This document shows positions 9,660 through 19,626 of a stretch of DNA of 64,000 bases, one piece after another. The notes beneath the pieces were generated by a model, which had not been told where the DNA came from, ran no database searches, and was given only the letters and a program-made list of their open reading frames with translations. The translations under genes were made by a program, and so were the position numbers. Origin of the DNA: Minisyncoccota bacterium. GTDB lineage: Bacteria > Patescibacteriota > Minisyncoccia > Phycocordibacterales > PALSA-1337. The stretch's first letter is position 1, and each line of letters opens with the position of its first letter. The stretch spans positions 18,970-82,969 of the forward strand of contig DATDYB010000005.1 in assembly GCA_036517115.1 (NCBI GenBank). The letters run 5' to 3'.

Positions 9660-10855
9660 AAATCACCTTCATCACCCCTAAAATAAATTTCGTCTCGGCC
9701 GGCGGCTCGGTCTTCGATATTGATCTTAAAATGAAGGCGTTTATGAAAATGGGAGCGGATATCCGATGCGTGACGCCCTTTTCCGACGACAACGACATGC
9801 CACAGAAACCGCCCTACCCCGTGATCGAAGAGCTCATCGCTAGACGAGGGCTCGCGGGCATCGCATGGGGCGTATATAAAATTTTGAAAAAATACGAAAA
9901 GGGCACGGACTTTTTCCATATTGACGGTCATATTTATTTTTACGGCGCGGGACTCTACAAACGTCTCGGCGGGAAAGTTCCCATCATTGCCTTTTTCAAC
10001 CGCGAGCAGCCCATCTGGGGACACGACAACCCGAAATATTCATTTGGTATGTTCGACGAGCCGGCGGACGCGCGATGGTGGAGAAAACTGTGGCTAAAAC
10101 TTCGGTATCAGATTGAGTCAAAAATTGGCACCTGGCTCGCCAACGCGATTGAGATCGGCACCTTCCATACCCCGACTCTCCAGAAGCGCTACAATGATTT
10201 CGGATTGCATATACAGTATCAACTCATCAATCCTGACTTGGCGGGCATTGACACCAAAGGTGCTTCTCGCAGTGTCGCCTCTTTCACGCATACGCCACTT
10301 CGGCTTGCCGCGGCGGGACGGCTCATTCCCACTAAAGGATTTGATCTTCTCTTCAAAGCTTTCTCGCTTGTACCACGCCGACAACGATTCACGCTAACCC
10401 TTGCCGGCGAAGGGCCTGATGAACCGCGCCTCCGAAACCTCGCCAAGGAATGGGGTATTGAAAAAGAAGTGAGCTTCACCGGCTGGCTAACCCATGACAA
10501 ACTCTTCCCCTTCTTTGAATCATCCGACGTGTTTCTCATGCCGCGTTGGCGGCCGGAACTTTCTTCGGTCGTGCTTATGGAAGCGATGTCCCACGGACTG
10601 GTGGCAGTAGTGCCGAAAGGTGGCGGGCTCGAATGGGCCGGCGGCAAAGCCATCGTCGGTTTTGATTTCGACGATCCGGAGAGTCTGGCTCGGGCAATTG
10701 ATTCTCTCGGCAATCCGGAATTTTTGGCGGAGAAATCCGCGGCCATCGGCAAGCGCATCGAATTTCTGCATTATGAAAATTGGTTGCCCGTCACCTATCT
10801 CTTTATGAAAAAAGTGTTGGCTGAAAAAAACAAAACAAAAAGAGCAGGACGCTAA
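9656..10855 (+). CDS. glycosyltransferase family 4 (GT-B, group 1)
   Basis: 399 aa. C-terminal domain LTLAGEGPDEPRLRNLAKEWGIEKEVSFTGWLTHDKLFPFFESSDVFLMP...VVLMEAMSHGLVAVV. Confidence 0.8.
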   Translation: MKITFITPKINFVSAGGSVFDIDLKMKAFMKMGADIRCVTPFSDDNDMPQKPPYPVIEELIARRGLAGIAWGVYKILKKYEKGTDFFHIDGHIYFYGAGLYKRLGGKVPIIAFFNREQPIWGHDNPKYSFGMFDEPADARWWRKLWLKLRYQIESKIGTWLANAIEIGTFHTPTLQKRYNDFGLHIQYQLINPDLAGIDTKGASRSVASFTHTPLRLAAAGRLIPTKGFDLLFKAFSLVPRRQRFTLTLAGEGPDEPRLRNLAKEWGIEKEVSFTGWLTHDKLFPFFESSDVFLMPRWRPELSSVVLMEAMSHGLVAVVPKGGGLEWAGGKAIVGFDFDDPESLARAIDSLGNPEFLAEKSAAIGKRIEFLHYENWLPVTYLFMKKVLAEKNKTKRAGR

Positions 10856-10898
10856 ACGCAAAATTGATTTCTAGTCGCCTGTCCTATATAGTAGTGGA

Positions 10899-12032
10899 AT
10901 GTCAAAAGTGGCTCTCATTAGCGGTTCAGCGGGTTTAATTGGCTCTGAGGCAGCCCGATTTTTCGCATCTAAAGGATTTCTCATTGTCGGTATCGACAAT
11001 GATATGCGCGCATATTTTTTTGGTAAGGAAGCGAGTACAGATTGGAATCGGGTGCGTGTTGAAAAAAAACTTGGTAAACAATACCTCCATTACAATGTGG
11101 ATATTCGAGACAACACTGCCCTCGAAAAAATTTTCAAAAAACATCAATTTAACATCATCATTCATACCGCTGCACAACCTTCCCACGATTGGGCAATGAA
11201 GGAACCTTTAACCGACTTCACGGTGAATGCTCTTGGTACTCTCCATATGCTCGAACATATGCGCAAATATTCACCCAAAGCCACCTTTATCTTTACCTCG
11301 ACCAATAAGGTGTACGGCGATCTGCCAAATGAGCTACCACTCATCGAAGGTGAGCAGCGTTTCGAGATCGACAAGAACCATTCATATCATAAGCATGGTA
11401 TCGACGAAACAATGAGTATCGATAACTCTATTCATAGTATTTTTGGGGCATCTAAGATAGCAGCGGACATCTTAGTGCAGGAGTATGGAAAATATTTTAA
11501 ATTAAATACTGGCGTGTTTCGAGGAGGCTGTCTCACCGGACCCTCACATAGCGGTACAACACTCCATGGATTCTTATCATATCTAGTAAAATGCATTGCA
11601 ATAGGTAAAAAATATACGATTTTTGGCTACAAGGGTAAACAAGTGCGTGATAACATCCACGCCTTTGACCTTATCAATATGTTCTGGCACTACCACCAGA
11701 AACCACGCAAGGGCGAAGTTTACAATGCTGGCGGCGGTAGACATTCAAACATTTCGATGAAGGAGGCGATTAAAAAAATTGAAAAAATATTAAGGAAAAA
11801 AGCTATTGTTGAATACCATGACAAGCCGCGCACAGGTGATCATATCTGGTATATTTCAGATGTCAGAAAATTTAAAGAGCATTATCCGAAATGGTATTAT
11901 AGCTATTCGATCGACGATATACTCGCTGAACTCTGTAAAGCGTATACGGTCAAGTCGCCAAAGCGGAAAACTTCCACTGGTTTAAGTGAGCGCAAGAGGC
12001 GTAGATCGAAGGGTCGTGTGGTGACAAAATAA
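10899..12032 (+). CDS. NAD-dependent epimerase/dehydratase family protein
   Basis: 377 aa. N-terminal [22 protein letters not shown] Rossmann motif and YGASKIAAD catalytic YxxxK. The last ~40 codons overlap the convergent gene 11903-13663. Confidence 0.75.
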   Translation: MSKVALISGSAGLIGSEAARFFASKGFLIVGIDNDMRAYFFGKEASTDWNRVRVEKKLGKQYLHYNVDIRDNTALEKIFKKHQFNIIIHTAAQPSHDWAMKEPLTDFTVNALGTLHMLEHMRKYSPKATFIFTSTNKVYGDLPNELPLIEGEQRFEIDKNHSYHKHGIDETMSIDNSIHSIFGASKIAADILVQEYGKYFKLNTGVFRGGCLTGPSHSGTTLHGFLSYLVKCIAIGKKYTIFGYKGKQVRDNIHAFDLINMFWHYHQKPRKGEVYNAGGGRHSNISMKEAIKKIEKILRKKAIVEYHDKPRTGDHIWYISDVRKFKEHYPKWYYSYSIDDILAELCKAYTVKSPKRKTSTGLSERKRRRSKGRVVTK

Positions 12033-13663
12033 TCTATCCTGTATTTTTTGAGCTCCTCACCGAAATCGTTTTTTATGAACATTTTGTATCGCTGTAGGAG
12101 TTCTTCGATCCGCATCGTTGACTGCGGATCGCGCTCTCGTCTGAAGAGATGGTTCCAGTCGGTGAAAAAATACTCGCGTACATCCACTTCATGTGATTCG
12201 AGGTATTCCCGCGCTCCGAGAGCAGTCACTCCCTCAAGCTTCATTTTGACCAAAAAGTTATGATAAAGTCTTTCTTCAGGAGGTACGGCGCCGAGATAGC
12301 CTGAAAGATAAACGTTAGAGCGCGTAAATGCGGGTACGAGCCTCATGAACTCTTCCTTCGGCTCGTCCGCAAGAACCACAGAGTCTTTGGGGGCATGAAG
12401 TGAGAGGTAGTCGAGCACCGGCGTATAGTCCTGCATTGCTCTGAAATGACCCATGGAATAGCTGTAGCTTCGCACACTCGCTATTCCATAGAAAAGACAT
12501 GCTCCGATCACGAGTGCCGAAGAAAGGTACAGTAACCAGGGTTTTTTGTGAATCATTCTAAAGTACACGACCGAGAGTACAATGTATGAAATCGGAATAG
12601 TGTATTGGACGAAATGATAGGGCCATATTGTTCTTCCGGTAATCAATTGCTGACTGAACACAACAATAGAAGTAGCGGCGAGCGCCAAAGAAAAAACAAT
12701 CCATTTTTCTTCCAATATTTTTTGCACCGTGCTTTTCCGATACAGCGTGACCAGCCCGATGATGAAAAGTACGATCGTGAGTGTTGCCACTTTGTTAATA
12801 ATCGGCGCGTGCGTGAGGATGAGGCCGTTCATTACCGCGGCGCGTGCGTCCTCTCCCGCTTTCGCCATGCCGAGCACATAGACTCCATCGACCACAACTA
12901 TGGACAGGACGGTAATCAGGAAGTATCGGAGTGTTAGCCACTCCTTGCGAATAAGTACATACACGATAAGGAGACAGAGGACGGTGAGCGCGATGGCCCA
13001 GGCGAAAATATAGCCGATACATGCTCCGGCGAGCAATCCGGCACCGATCGCGATAGGTACGGATGGCTTTTTAAAAAGCTTCCAAAGCATCAGGAGGTAT
13101 CCGAACAGAAAAAGTGCTCCGGTGATCGGGTTTACCGGTCGCGTCCACAGACTAAGCTGTGTGTCGTGGAGCGAATCGGTTACTACGGCAAGCGTTCGAT
13201 GAACATCGACAAAGTCGTACCCCAAGACCACCAGGAGGGCCGCGGAAAGTGCGGCAAGTGTTGCGATGCCACGGGACATCCCCTCCATAAGCTTACATAC
13301 CAGAAAATAGACGAGCAAGAAGAGCAGGGCTGGAAACAGGAACTTCGCCAACACGATGGCGGAAGCGAATGAAATGCCGAGCATCTTAGCCATACTGACG
13401 TAGAGGAATTCACCGATGGGCGGCACCATTGCCGGGCGATCTTTGTATTCATAGAACACAGGGGAAGCCACGGATGCGTGACCGTCGGCAATTTCTTGCA
13501 TCCGCGCCAGATAATATTCTTCGTTATTGAGATAGAAAAACGGAATGCCGCGATACTCGTTGCCGAGTGCTTGCGGAGCGAGCACTGCCGGCAGCACGCA
13601 TAGAAAGCCCGCGATGAGCGCACCGCACAGGACGGGTAAACATTGTTTAAAATTCTCTGACAT
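11903..13663 (-). CDS. polytopic membrane protein (~12 TM + C-terminal soluble domain), uncharacterized; paralog of 19623-21386
   Basis: 586 aa. Shares the N-terminal motif [13 protein letters not shown] (YY.DRMQEVADGH in the paralog), overall length and TM layout. Confidence 0.5.
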   Translation of the reverse strand: MSENFKQCLPVLCGALIAGFLCVLPAVLAPQALGNEYRGIPFFYLNNEEYYLARMQEIADGHASVASPVFYEYKDRPAMVPPIGEFLYVSMAKMLGISFASAIVLAKFLFPALLFLLVYFLVCKLMEGMSRGIATLAALSAALLVVLGYDFVDVHRTLAVVTDSLHDTQLSLWTRPVNPITGALFLFGYLLMLWKLFKKPSVPIAIGAGLLAGACIGYIFAWAIALTVLCLLIVYVLIRKEWLTLRYFLITVLSIVVVDGVYVLGMAKAGEDARAAVMNGLILTHAPIINKVATLTIVLFIIGLVTLYRKSTVQKILEEKWIVFSLALAATSIVVFSQQLITGRTIWPYHFVQYTIPISYIVLSVVYFRMIHKKPWLLYLSSALVIGACLFYGIASVRSYSYSMGHFRAMQDYTPVLDYLSLHAPKDSVVLADEPKEEFMRLVPAFTRSNVYLSGYLGAVPPEERLYHNFLVKMKLEGVTALGAREYLESHEVDVREYFFTDWNHLFRRERDPQSTMRIEELLQRYKMFIKNDFGEELKKYRIDYFVTTRPFDLRLLRSLKPVEVFRFGDLTVYALQSSASISSIE

Positions 13664-14274
13664 TAACTTTTTTGAAGTCTGACATAGAGCATATCCTCGA
13701 GCTTTATAAAGCGGTCCGGACTTGGAATGACGTTTAATTCCATGATCGGATATTCTTTAAAAAATCTTTTATTCTCTTCGAGCGTCCGGATGAATCTGCC
13801 CTGATCGTTTCGGATAAAAAGCTTGGTGATGACATTGTCTTTTTCCGGCTGTGATAGAGGATCGAAAAAATGCAGCATTCCTCCTTTTTTCAATTTTGAA
13901 AAAAGCACCGCGAGAATGCTCCTCCACGCTTCGTCGGAGAGATGGTGGCCGGCGCAGGCAACAAGCACATGGTCAAAGTCAGTCTCCGGAAACGGCTGTT
14001 CTAAAATATCCGCGCACACAAAGCGGATGTTCGGGTACGTACTCCAGTTTCTCGCCGCGGCGGCGATCGCTTCGCAATCAACATCAATTCCCAAGTAGTC
14101 GAAGTCGGCGAAAGCCGCAGTGCTGTTGCCCATCGAACAGCCGAAATCGAGCAGCTTGCCTTTGGTGTGAAAAACAGACGGATACAGCCCAAGCTTCCAC
14201 GCGTTGGCTCCGACGAATGTCTGGAATATATTCCAGACGAAAGGAATGTTGAGGATTTTTTTAATGAGAGACAT
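13663..14274 (-). CDS. class I SAM-dependent methyltransferase
   Basis: 203 aa. LLDFGCSMGNSTAAF motif I and acidic motif II (ADFDYLGIDVD). Confidence 0.7.
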   Translation of the reverse strand: MSLIKKILNIPFVWNIFQTFVGANAWKLGLYPSVFHTKGKLLDFGCSMGNSTAAFADFDYLGIDVDCEAIAAAARNWSTYPNIRFVCADILEQPFPETDFDHVLVACAGHHLSDEAWRSILAVLFSKLKKGGMLHFFDPLSQPEKDNVITKLFIRNDQGRFIRTLEENKRFFKEYPIMELNVIPSPDRFIKLEDMLYVRLQKS

Positions 14275-14303
14275 GAGTTATATACCAGAATGATAACGCT
14301 CTG

Positions 14304-14407
14304 CCGCACCATGCAAAAAAGTTCGCGCTCCGGGCCGCTGGTGTAGGCAACGGCATCTGTAGACGAGCCGGCAGGCCACCGTCTACGAACTTTTTTGCAT
14401 GGTGCGG
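14304..14407. repeat. intergenic palindromic element B (family 1): 22-bp perfect inverted repeat CCGCACCATGC-AAAAAA-GTTCG ... CGAAC-TTTTTT-GCATGGTGCGG enclosing the core CGCTCCGGGCCG...CCGTCTAC
   Basis: Read directly. The right arm overlaps the last 7 codons and stop of rfbB. The core is shared with element C (AAAAAAGTTCGCGCTnCGGGCCG ... CCGTCTACGAACTTTTTTG), while the outer stems differ but stay complementary. Confidence 0.6.
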
Positions 14408-15405
14408 ATTCGCTGTACTGAATTATCTACTGAAGAGGTGCTTTTGTAAAACGCGAGGGTCTTTTTTAAACCAGACTCGAAAGAAATTTTTGGCGACCAG
14501 CCAAGCTCACGTTTGATTTTCGAACTGTCGAGCGAATAACGGAAATCATGCCCGGGTCGATCAGTGACGTATTCGATAGCCCCTTCATCCCTATCCGTCA
14601 AAGCGATGAGTTTCTTGGTCAAATCGATATTGCGTATTTCATTACTCCCACCAATATTATACACCTCGCCACTCTTCCCTCTCTGCCATACAGTGTCAAT
14701 GGCATCAATATTATCCTCGACATAAATCCAGTCGCGAACATTGTTTCCCTTTCCGTAGACCGGTACTTTTTCTCCCTTAAGAAGGCGCGTCATGAAGAGC
14801 GGGATGAGTTTGGTGGTATCCTGCCTCGGACCGTAGTTATTCGAGGACCTAGTGATAACCACATCCAGTCCGAAGGTTTTAAAATACGACCGCGCCAAAA
14901 GCTCTGCGCCGGCCTTCGAGGCACTGTAAGGATTGTTTGGAGCGAGTATACTCTCTTCGGTGAAGCTCTTTTCCCCTTCCTGAAGCGAGCCATATACTTC
15001 GTCGGTGGACACATGCAGGAATCGCGAGACACCGGTTTCTCGGGCAATGGACAGTAGATTGCCGGTACCTGCTACATTCGTTTCGATGAAGATCCCGGGA
15101 TTACTGATGCTCATGTCAACGTGGCTTTCCGCGGCGAAGTGAATCACTCCATTGGGCTTGTGTTTTTTAAAAAGTTTTAAAAGTGCGGCCTTGTCGCGGA
15201 TATCAGAGCGCTCGAAGGAAAAATTTCGGCTCTTTTGTATTTCCAAATTTTTCAAATTCCCCGCGTAGGTGAGCGAGTCCACGCACACGAAGTGAGTGTC
15301 CGTCCGCACAGGGACGTACTTATTAAGATAGTTGCTGCCGATAAAACCGGCTCCGCCGGTCACGAAAATAACAGATCCAGGTTTACTTTTTGCTTTTGAT
15401 GTCAT
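14383..15405 (-). CDS. rfbB: dTDP-glucose 4,6-dehydratase
   Basis: 340 aa. VIFVTGGAGFIGSNY, ...HFAAESHVD... and YSASKAGAELLARSY are typical of RfbB/RmlB. Confidence 0.85.
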   Translation of the reverse strand: MTSKAKSKPGSVIFVTGGAGFIGSNYLNKYVPVRTDTHFVCVDSLTYAGNLKNLEIQKSRNFSFERSDIRDKAALLKLFKKHKPNGVIHFAAESHVDMSISNPGIFIETNVAGTGNLLSIARETGVSRFLHVSTDEVYGSLQEGEKSFTEESILAPNNPYSASKAGAELLARSYFKTFGLDVVITRSSNNYGPRQDTTKLIPLFMTRLLKGEKVPVYGKGNNVRDWIYVEDNIDAIDTVWQRGKSGEVYNIGGSNEIRNIDLTKKLIALTDRDEGAIEYVTDRPGHDFRYSLDSSKIKRELGWSPKISFESGLKKTLAFYKSTSSVDNSVQRIRTMQKSS

Positions 15406-16132
15406 TGCTTTTTTCCCTCATATAGAGAGACGCGTCGAGGAGACTATCAAATGTGCCGATGTCGAACCACGTCTTTTTGAGTAATACTGATTTCATAGAC
15501 CCTTCTTTTATGTACTTGTTATTCAAATGAGTGATCTCATACTCACCCCGCTTGGAAGGTTTTTGACCCTCCAATTTCTTAAACACCGTATTGTCGTAAA
15601 GATAGAGCCCGATGACGGCGAGGTTTGATTTCGGCTTTGCCGGCTTTTCCTCAATTGACATGATGGCGCCGTTTTTATCAAGCTCCGCGATACCGAAGCG
15701 CTGTGGGTCGACCACTTCTTTCAGAAACACCACCGATCCGCCTTTGAAATTTTTCACCTGCGGCGCAATATCATCTTCGATAATGTTGTCTCCCAAATAG
15801 AACAGACAATCATCATTACCGACATACTCTTTAGCAATACAGAGGCCGTAGGCGAGGCCGTTGGCTTCATTCTGGATTCCATACACAATCTGAATCTGTC
15901 TGCCAGTACGCTTGGACTTAAATGCCGCTCCAGAGCCCAAGAGCTTTACGAAATTTTCTATGTGGTGGGGAGAGGTTACGATCATGATACGGTCTATACC
16001 GGCTTCCACTATTTTTTCAATGGCATAGTAAATGACCGGCTTATCATATAGCGATAAAAGATGTTTATTAGTGGCGAGAGTCAGTGGCGCGAGCCTGGTG
16101 CCGTTGCCGCCGGCAAGGATGACTGCTTTCAT
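15383..16132 (-). CDS. sugar-1-phosphate nucleotidyltransferase (glucose-1-phosphate thymidylyltransferase-like)
   Basis: 249 aa. MKAVILAGGNGTRLAPLTLATNKHLLSLYDKPVIYY is a G1P nucleotidyltransferase signature. Shorter than canonical RfbA. Confidence 0.7.
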   Translation of the reverse strand: MKAVILAGGNGTRLAPLTLATNKHLLSLYDKPVIYYAIEKIVEAGIDRIMIVTSPHHIENFVKLLGSGAAFKSKRTGRQIQIVYGIQNEANGLAYGLCIAKEYVGNDDCLFYLGDNIIEDDIAPQVKNFKGGSVVFLKEVVDPQRFGIAELDKNGAIMSIEEKPAKPKSNLAVIGLYLYDNTVFKKLEGQKPSKRGEYEITHLNNKYIKEGSMKSVLLKKTWFDIGTFDSLLDASLYMREKSNDIKSKK

Positions 16133-17097
16133 GGTTGTTTTTTCTTATGGTCGTTAATGATGTCTCTGATTATAAACCGCGGCCGGCCTTTTGTCTCCTC
16201 GAAAATACGGCCCACATATTCCCCCACAATGGAAAGTGTCAGGAGCTGGACCGCCGAAAAGAAAAGAATGAGGACGATGATGGTGGAGATGCCGCGCGGC
16301 GCGTCAGTCAAAAAGAATGAAACGACGTAATACAGCACGCCGATACATGCAAAAGCGGTAGTGCCAAGCGCCAAGTACGTTACCATCTCAAGCGGTTTGT
16401 AGGAAAAAGAGTAAATAGCCTTCCTTGCCCAACGAAAGCCTCCAAGGAATCCTTTCACCGAGACCCCCTTTCGGCCGTCGTAGCGCTCCGGACGCTCATA
16501 AGGAATGCCTACTGACCGATATCCCACCCACGCCCGCAAACCGCGGATGAAACGATCCCGTTCAGGCATGGCGTTTAGGTGATCGATCACCACCCGATCC
16601 ATGAGCGAAAAATCTCCCGCATCAAGCTGTACTGGTATATACGCCAGACGACTGAAGATAATATAGAAAAGATGATAGAAAAGCCACGCCTTAACTTTCC
16701 CCATGCTCGGCTCCCTTTTTTTTCTCGTGCCGTACACCACACTGAATCCCTTATTCCATTGCTTGACGAACTCAACGATGAGTTCCGGCGGATCCTGCAA
16801 ATCGCCGTCCATGATGACAACCGCGTCGCCGGAAGCCTGCGCCATACCACTCGTAAACGCCGCCTGCGCGCCGAAATTGCGCGAATGATTCACCACCGTC
16901 AGGGCGCTATCCTTGGCAGCCAGATCTCGAAGAATCATTTCCGAATTGTCGGGACTGGCATCATTAACATAGATGATTTCATACGAGGAGGTGATATCTT
17001 TAAGCACGCTCGAGAGCCTCTCATAGAGAGCGAGAATATTGTACTCGTCATGATAACACACCACCACCACTGAAATTTTTTTATGCGTCAGTTTCAT
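16129..17097 (-). CDS. GT2 polyprenyl-phosphate glycosyltransferase (GtrB/ArnC/DPM1-like) with C-terminal TM helices
   Basis: 322 aa. ISVVVVCYHDE...IIYVNDASPDNS...VIMDGDLQDPPELI, plus a C-terminal hydrophobic region. Confidence 0.8.
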   Translation of the reverse strand: MKLTHKKISVVVVCYHDEYNILALYERLSSVLKDITSSYEIIYVNDASPDNSEMILRDLAAKDSALTVVNHSRNFGAQAAFTSGMAQASGDAVVIMDGDLQDPPELIVEFVKQWNKGFSVVYGTRKKREPSMGKVKAWLFYHLFYIIFSRLAYIPVQLDAGDFSLMDRVVIDHLNAMPERDRFIRGLRAWVGYRSVGIPYERPERYDGRKGVSVKGFLGGFRWARKAIYSFSYKPLEMVTYLALGTTAFACIGVLYYVVSFFLTDAPRGISTIIVLILFFSAVQLLTLSIVGEYVGRIFEETKGRPRFIIRDIINDHKKKQP

Positions 17098-17831
17098 TTA
17101 AATAGGATATTTCGCAGTCGCGCGTACATTCGATCCGATAGGACGCGGCTCATGCGGGCAATCATCGTGGAGAAGAAAGGAATGTAATAGGTACTGCGAC
17201 GAGAAACGAGGATCTTTGAAATTTTTTCGGCTGCTTGCTCCGGCGTAATGACCGGAAACCCCGCCTTGCCTTCCCACATTGGGCTCGAAACAGGCCCCAG
17301 ATACACTGTGGAAAATAGCACGCCGGTGCCTCTCATGGCAAGGCCGAAGCCTCTGCTCACAAGTGATACGGCTGCCTTTGTGGCAGGATAGGCAATACCA
17401 CGCGAGCCTGGCCGGAATGCGGCAATGGAAGAAAGGATGACGAAGTGTCCGTTTTTCTTGGCAAGAAAATCGTCAAGAAACATCTCGATGCAGTGCATGA
17501 CGCCAAAAACATTCACCTCAAAGACACGTTTCCCTGCCGCAAAATCATGCCGGCCATCCTTTAGGTCATCATTGAAGATTGCCGCGGCGATAATGACCGC
17601 GTCAGCAAGAAATCCCTTCGACCGCATTGTTTCTGTGGCGCTCGCCATGTCTTCTACTTCAGAAATATCTCCGGCGCTCCATTGAAACGAGCCTGCGGGA
17701 AGGCTTCTCTCGAGCGACTGCAGCGCTTCCTTTCTTCTTGCGATTCCCCATACCCTATGACCCTCCCCCGCCAGTCGGCGTGAAAGTGCTAATCCTATCC
17801 CCGATGAGGCGCCGATAATGCAAATGTTCAT
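17094..17831 (-). CDS. SDR-family oxidoreductase
   Basis: 245 aa. MNICIIGASSGIGLALSRRL Rossmann motif and YPATKAA (YxxxK). Confidence 0.75.
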   Translation of the reverse strand: MNICIIGASSGIGLALSRRLAGEGHRVWGIARRKEALQSLERSLPAGSFQWSAGDISEVEDMASATETMRSKGFLADAVIIAAAIFNDDLKDGRHDFAAGKRVFEVNVFGVMHCIEMFLDDFLAKKNGHFVILSSIAAFRPGSRGIAYPATKAAVSLVSRGFGLAMRGTGVLFSTVYLGPVSSPMWEGKAGFPVITPEQAAEKISKILVSRRSTYYIPFFSTMIARMSRVLSDRMYARLRNILFK

Positions 17832-18763
17832 GGTTTTTGAGATTTTAGTAGGGTCTTGATTTTTTCCACCATCGCTTCGGGATGGAGACCTGCTTCTCGT
17901 AAAAGATAGTTTCGATCACCGACGCTTTTGATGAAACGATCGGGAAAACCGAAAGCATGGAATGATTTCTTAGGGTTTGATGAGGCGACCAAGAGCGACG
18001 CTACGGCGCTTCCAAGTCCTCCGATGACGCTATGTTCTTCGATGGTGCAAATAACTCTTGCAGTTTTTGCCCGATCCAGAACCATTTCTTCATCGAAAGG
18101 CTTCACCGAGGGCATACTCACCACCGCGACGTTTCCTATCTTTTCCTCTTCGAGGCGATGTGCGGTTTCCAAAGCGCAATCAAGGACATTGCCGGTGGAA
18201 ATAAGGAGAATGTCCGTACCCTCTTTAATCACGAATCCCCTGCCTACCTTGAAAGAAAATTCCTTTTTCGAATAGTCGAGCGGAGGATTTTTCCCAAGCC
18301 GGAGATACGCTGGCCCCTTTTGCTTCATCATCGCTTTCGTCGCTTCCAGCGCCTCCCACGAATAGGCTGGGGTGATGACGGTCATGTTTGGCAGCGCGCG
18401 CATAATGGCGACGTCTTCCACTGTGTGGTGAGTCACCCCGTGATGGGCATAGTTGAAACCCCCGCCGGTACCGACGATTTTGACGTCGAGATTATGATAG
18501 CAAACATCGGTGCGGATCTGCTCGAAGGGACGCATCGAGGCGAATGAAGCAATTGAGTAGGCGATCACCTTTTTACCCTCCAGGGCAAGCCCTGCCGCCA
18601 CGCCAACCATGGTGGCTTCGGCGATGCCGATATTTAAAAAACGGTCAGGAAAATTTTCTCTGATCGGTTCGAGCGCGTTGAAGCCAAGATCGGCGGTAAG
18701 GAAGATAATCGAACGATCGCGTTCCATTTCCACGAGCATTTGTTGTACGAAATCTTTTCTCAT
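17828..18763 (-). CDS. transketolase, C-terminal (pyrimidine-binding) subunit
   Basis: 311 aa. FLTADLGFNALEPIRENFPDRFLNIGIAEATMVGVAAGLALEGK. Confidence 0.8.
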   Translation of the reverse strand: MRKDFVQQMLVEMERDRSIIFLTADLGFNALEPIRENFPDRFLNIGIAEATMVGVAAGLALEGKKVIAYSIASFASMRPFEQIRTDVCYHNLDVKIVGTGGGFNYAHHGVTHHTVEDVAIMRALPNMTVITPAYSWEALEATKAMMKQKGPAYLRLGKNPPLDYSKKEFSFKVGRGFVIKEGTDILLISTGNVLDCALETAHRLEEEKIGNVAVVSMPSVKPFDEEMVLDRAKTARVICTIEEHSVIGGLGSAVASLLVASSNPKKSFHAFGFPDRFIKSVGDRNYLLREAGLHPEAMVEKIKTLLKSQKP

Positions 18764-19626
18764 GCGTTTTTTCGAATCTGCCGTGCGGATGCTTCGTCGG
18801 CCACGAAGTAATGAGCGGCGAGGGTATTTTCGATCAGGGGCACTCCTTTACCGGCAACAGTCCGCGCGATGAGCACTGTCGGCCGTGTCACTCCCGCAGC
18901 CTTACGGAATTTTTTTTCGAGATCCACGCAGTCATGTCCGTCGGCGTGCATCACCTCCCAGCCGAATGACTGCCATTGCGCGCCGAGGTCAAAGCGATTA
19001 GTTTCCCCTGTGGCGCCAAATCCTTGAAATTTATTGTCATCCACAATGGCGATAATATTCGAAAGTCCTCTGGAGCCGATGAAGAGCGCGGCTTCCCAAA
19101 TCGAGCCCTCGTTGCACTCTCCGTCTCCGATAAGCACATACACCTTTGAAGATGTCCCCGAAAGAGCGAGCGCCATGCCTGCCCCTATAGCAAGGCCATG
19201 ACCCAAGGAACCGGTAGAAACTTCGATTCCGGGAATTGTTCCGAAGGAAGGATGGCCGTGAAAGAGGCCGTCGTTTACGCGATAGCGCAAAAGATTCTTA
19301 ACAGGGAAAAAGCCACAAAGCGCCAGGGTGGCGTAGAGAGCGGCTGCACCGTGCCCTTTGGATAAAATGAACCGATCACGTCGCGGAAGTGCGGGTTTTT
19401 TCGGATCGATGGAAAGTATTCTTCCGTACAATACCGCCAGAATATCGCTTATGGAAAGAGCCGAGCCCGTCTCGCCCGACTTGCTTCTCCATGACATTTC
19501 AACCACCAGAGAACGTATTTCCTCTCCCATAGCCTCGGGGGCAAGGGCAAGGGCCGCCGAAGATTTTTTTTTGGTTTTCACTACGCGCATTGAAGCTATG
19601 CTATACGAGAGCGACAGTCCAGTCAA
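18760..19626 (-). CDS. transketolase, N-terminal (TPP-binding) subunit
   Basis: 288 aa. GHGAAALYATLALCGF...GSLGHGLAIGAGMAL...LIGDGECNEGSIWEAALF. Immediately upstream of the C-terminal subunit in the correct order. Confidence 0.8.
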   Translation of the reverse strand: MTGLSLSYSIASMRVVKTKKKSSAALALAPEAMGEEIRSLVVEMSWRSKSGETGSALSISDILAVLYGRILSIDPKKPALPRRDRFILSKGHGAAALYATLALCGFFPVKNLLRYRVNDGLFHGHPSFGTIPGIEVSTGSLGHGLAIGAGMALALSGTSSKVYVLIGDGECNEGSIWEAALFIGSRGLSNIIAIVDDNKFQGFGATGETNRFDLGAQWQSFGWEVMHADGHDCVDLEKKFRKAAGVTRPTVLIARTVAGKGVPLIENTLAAHYFVADEASARQIRKNA

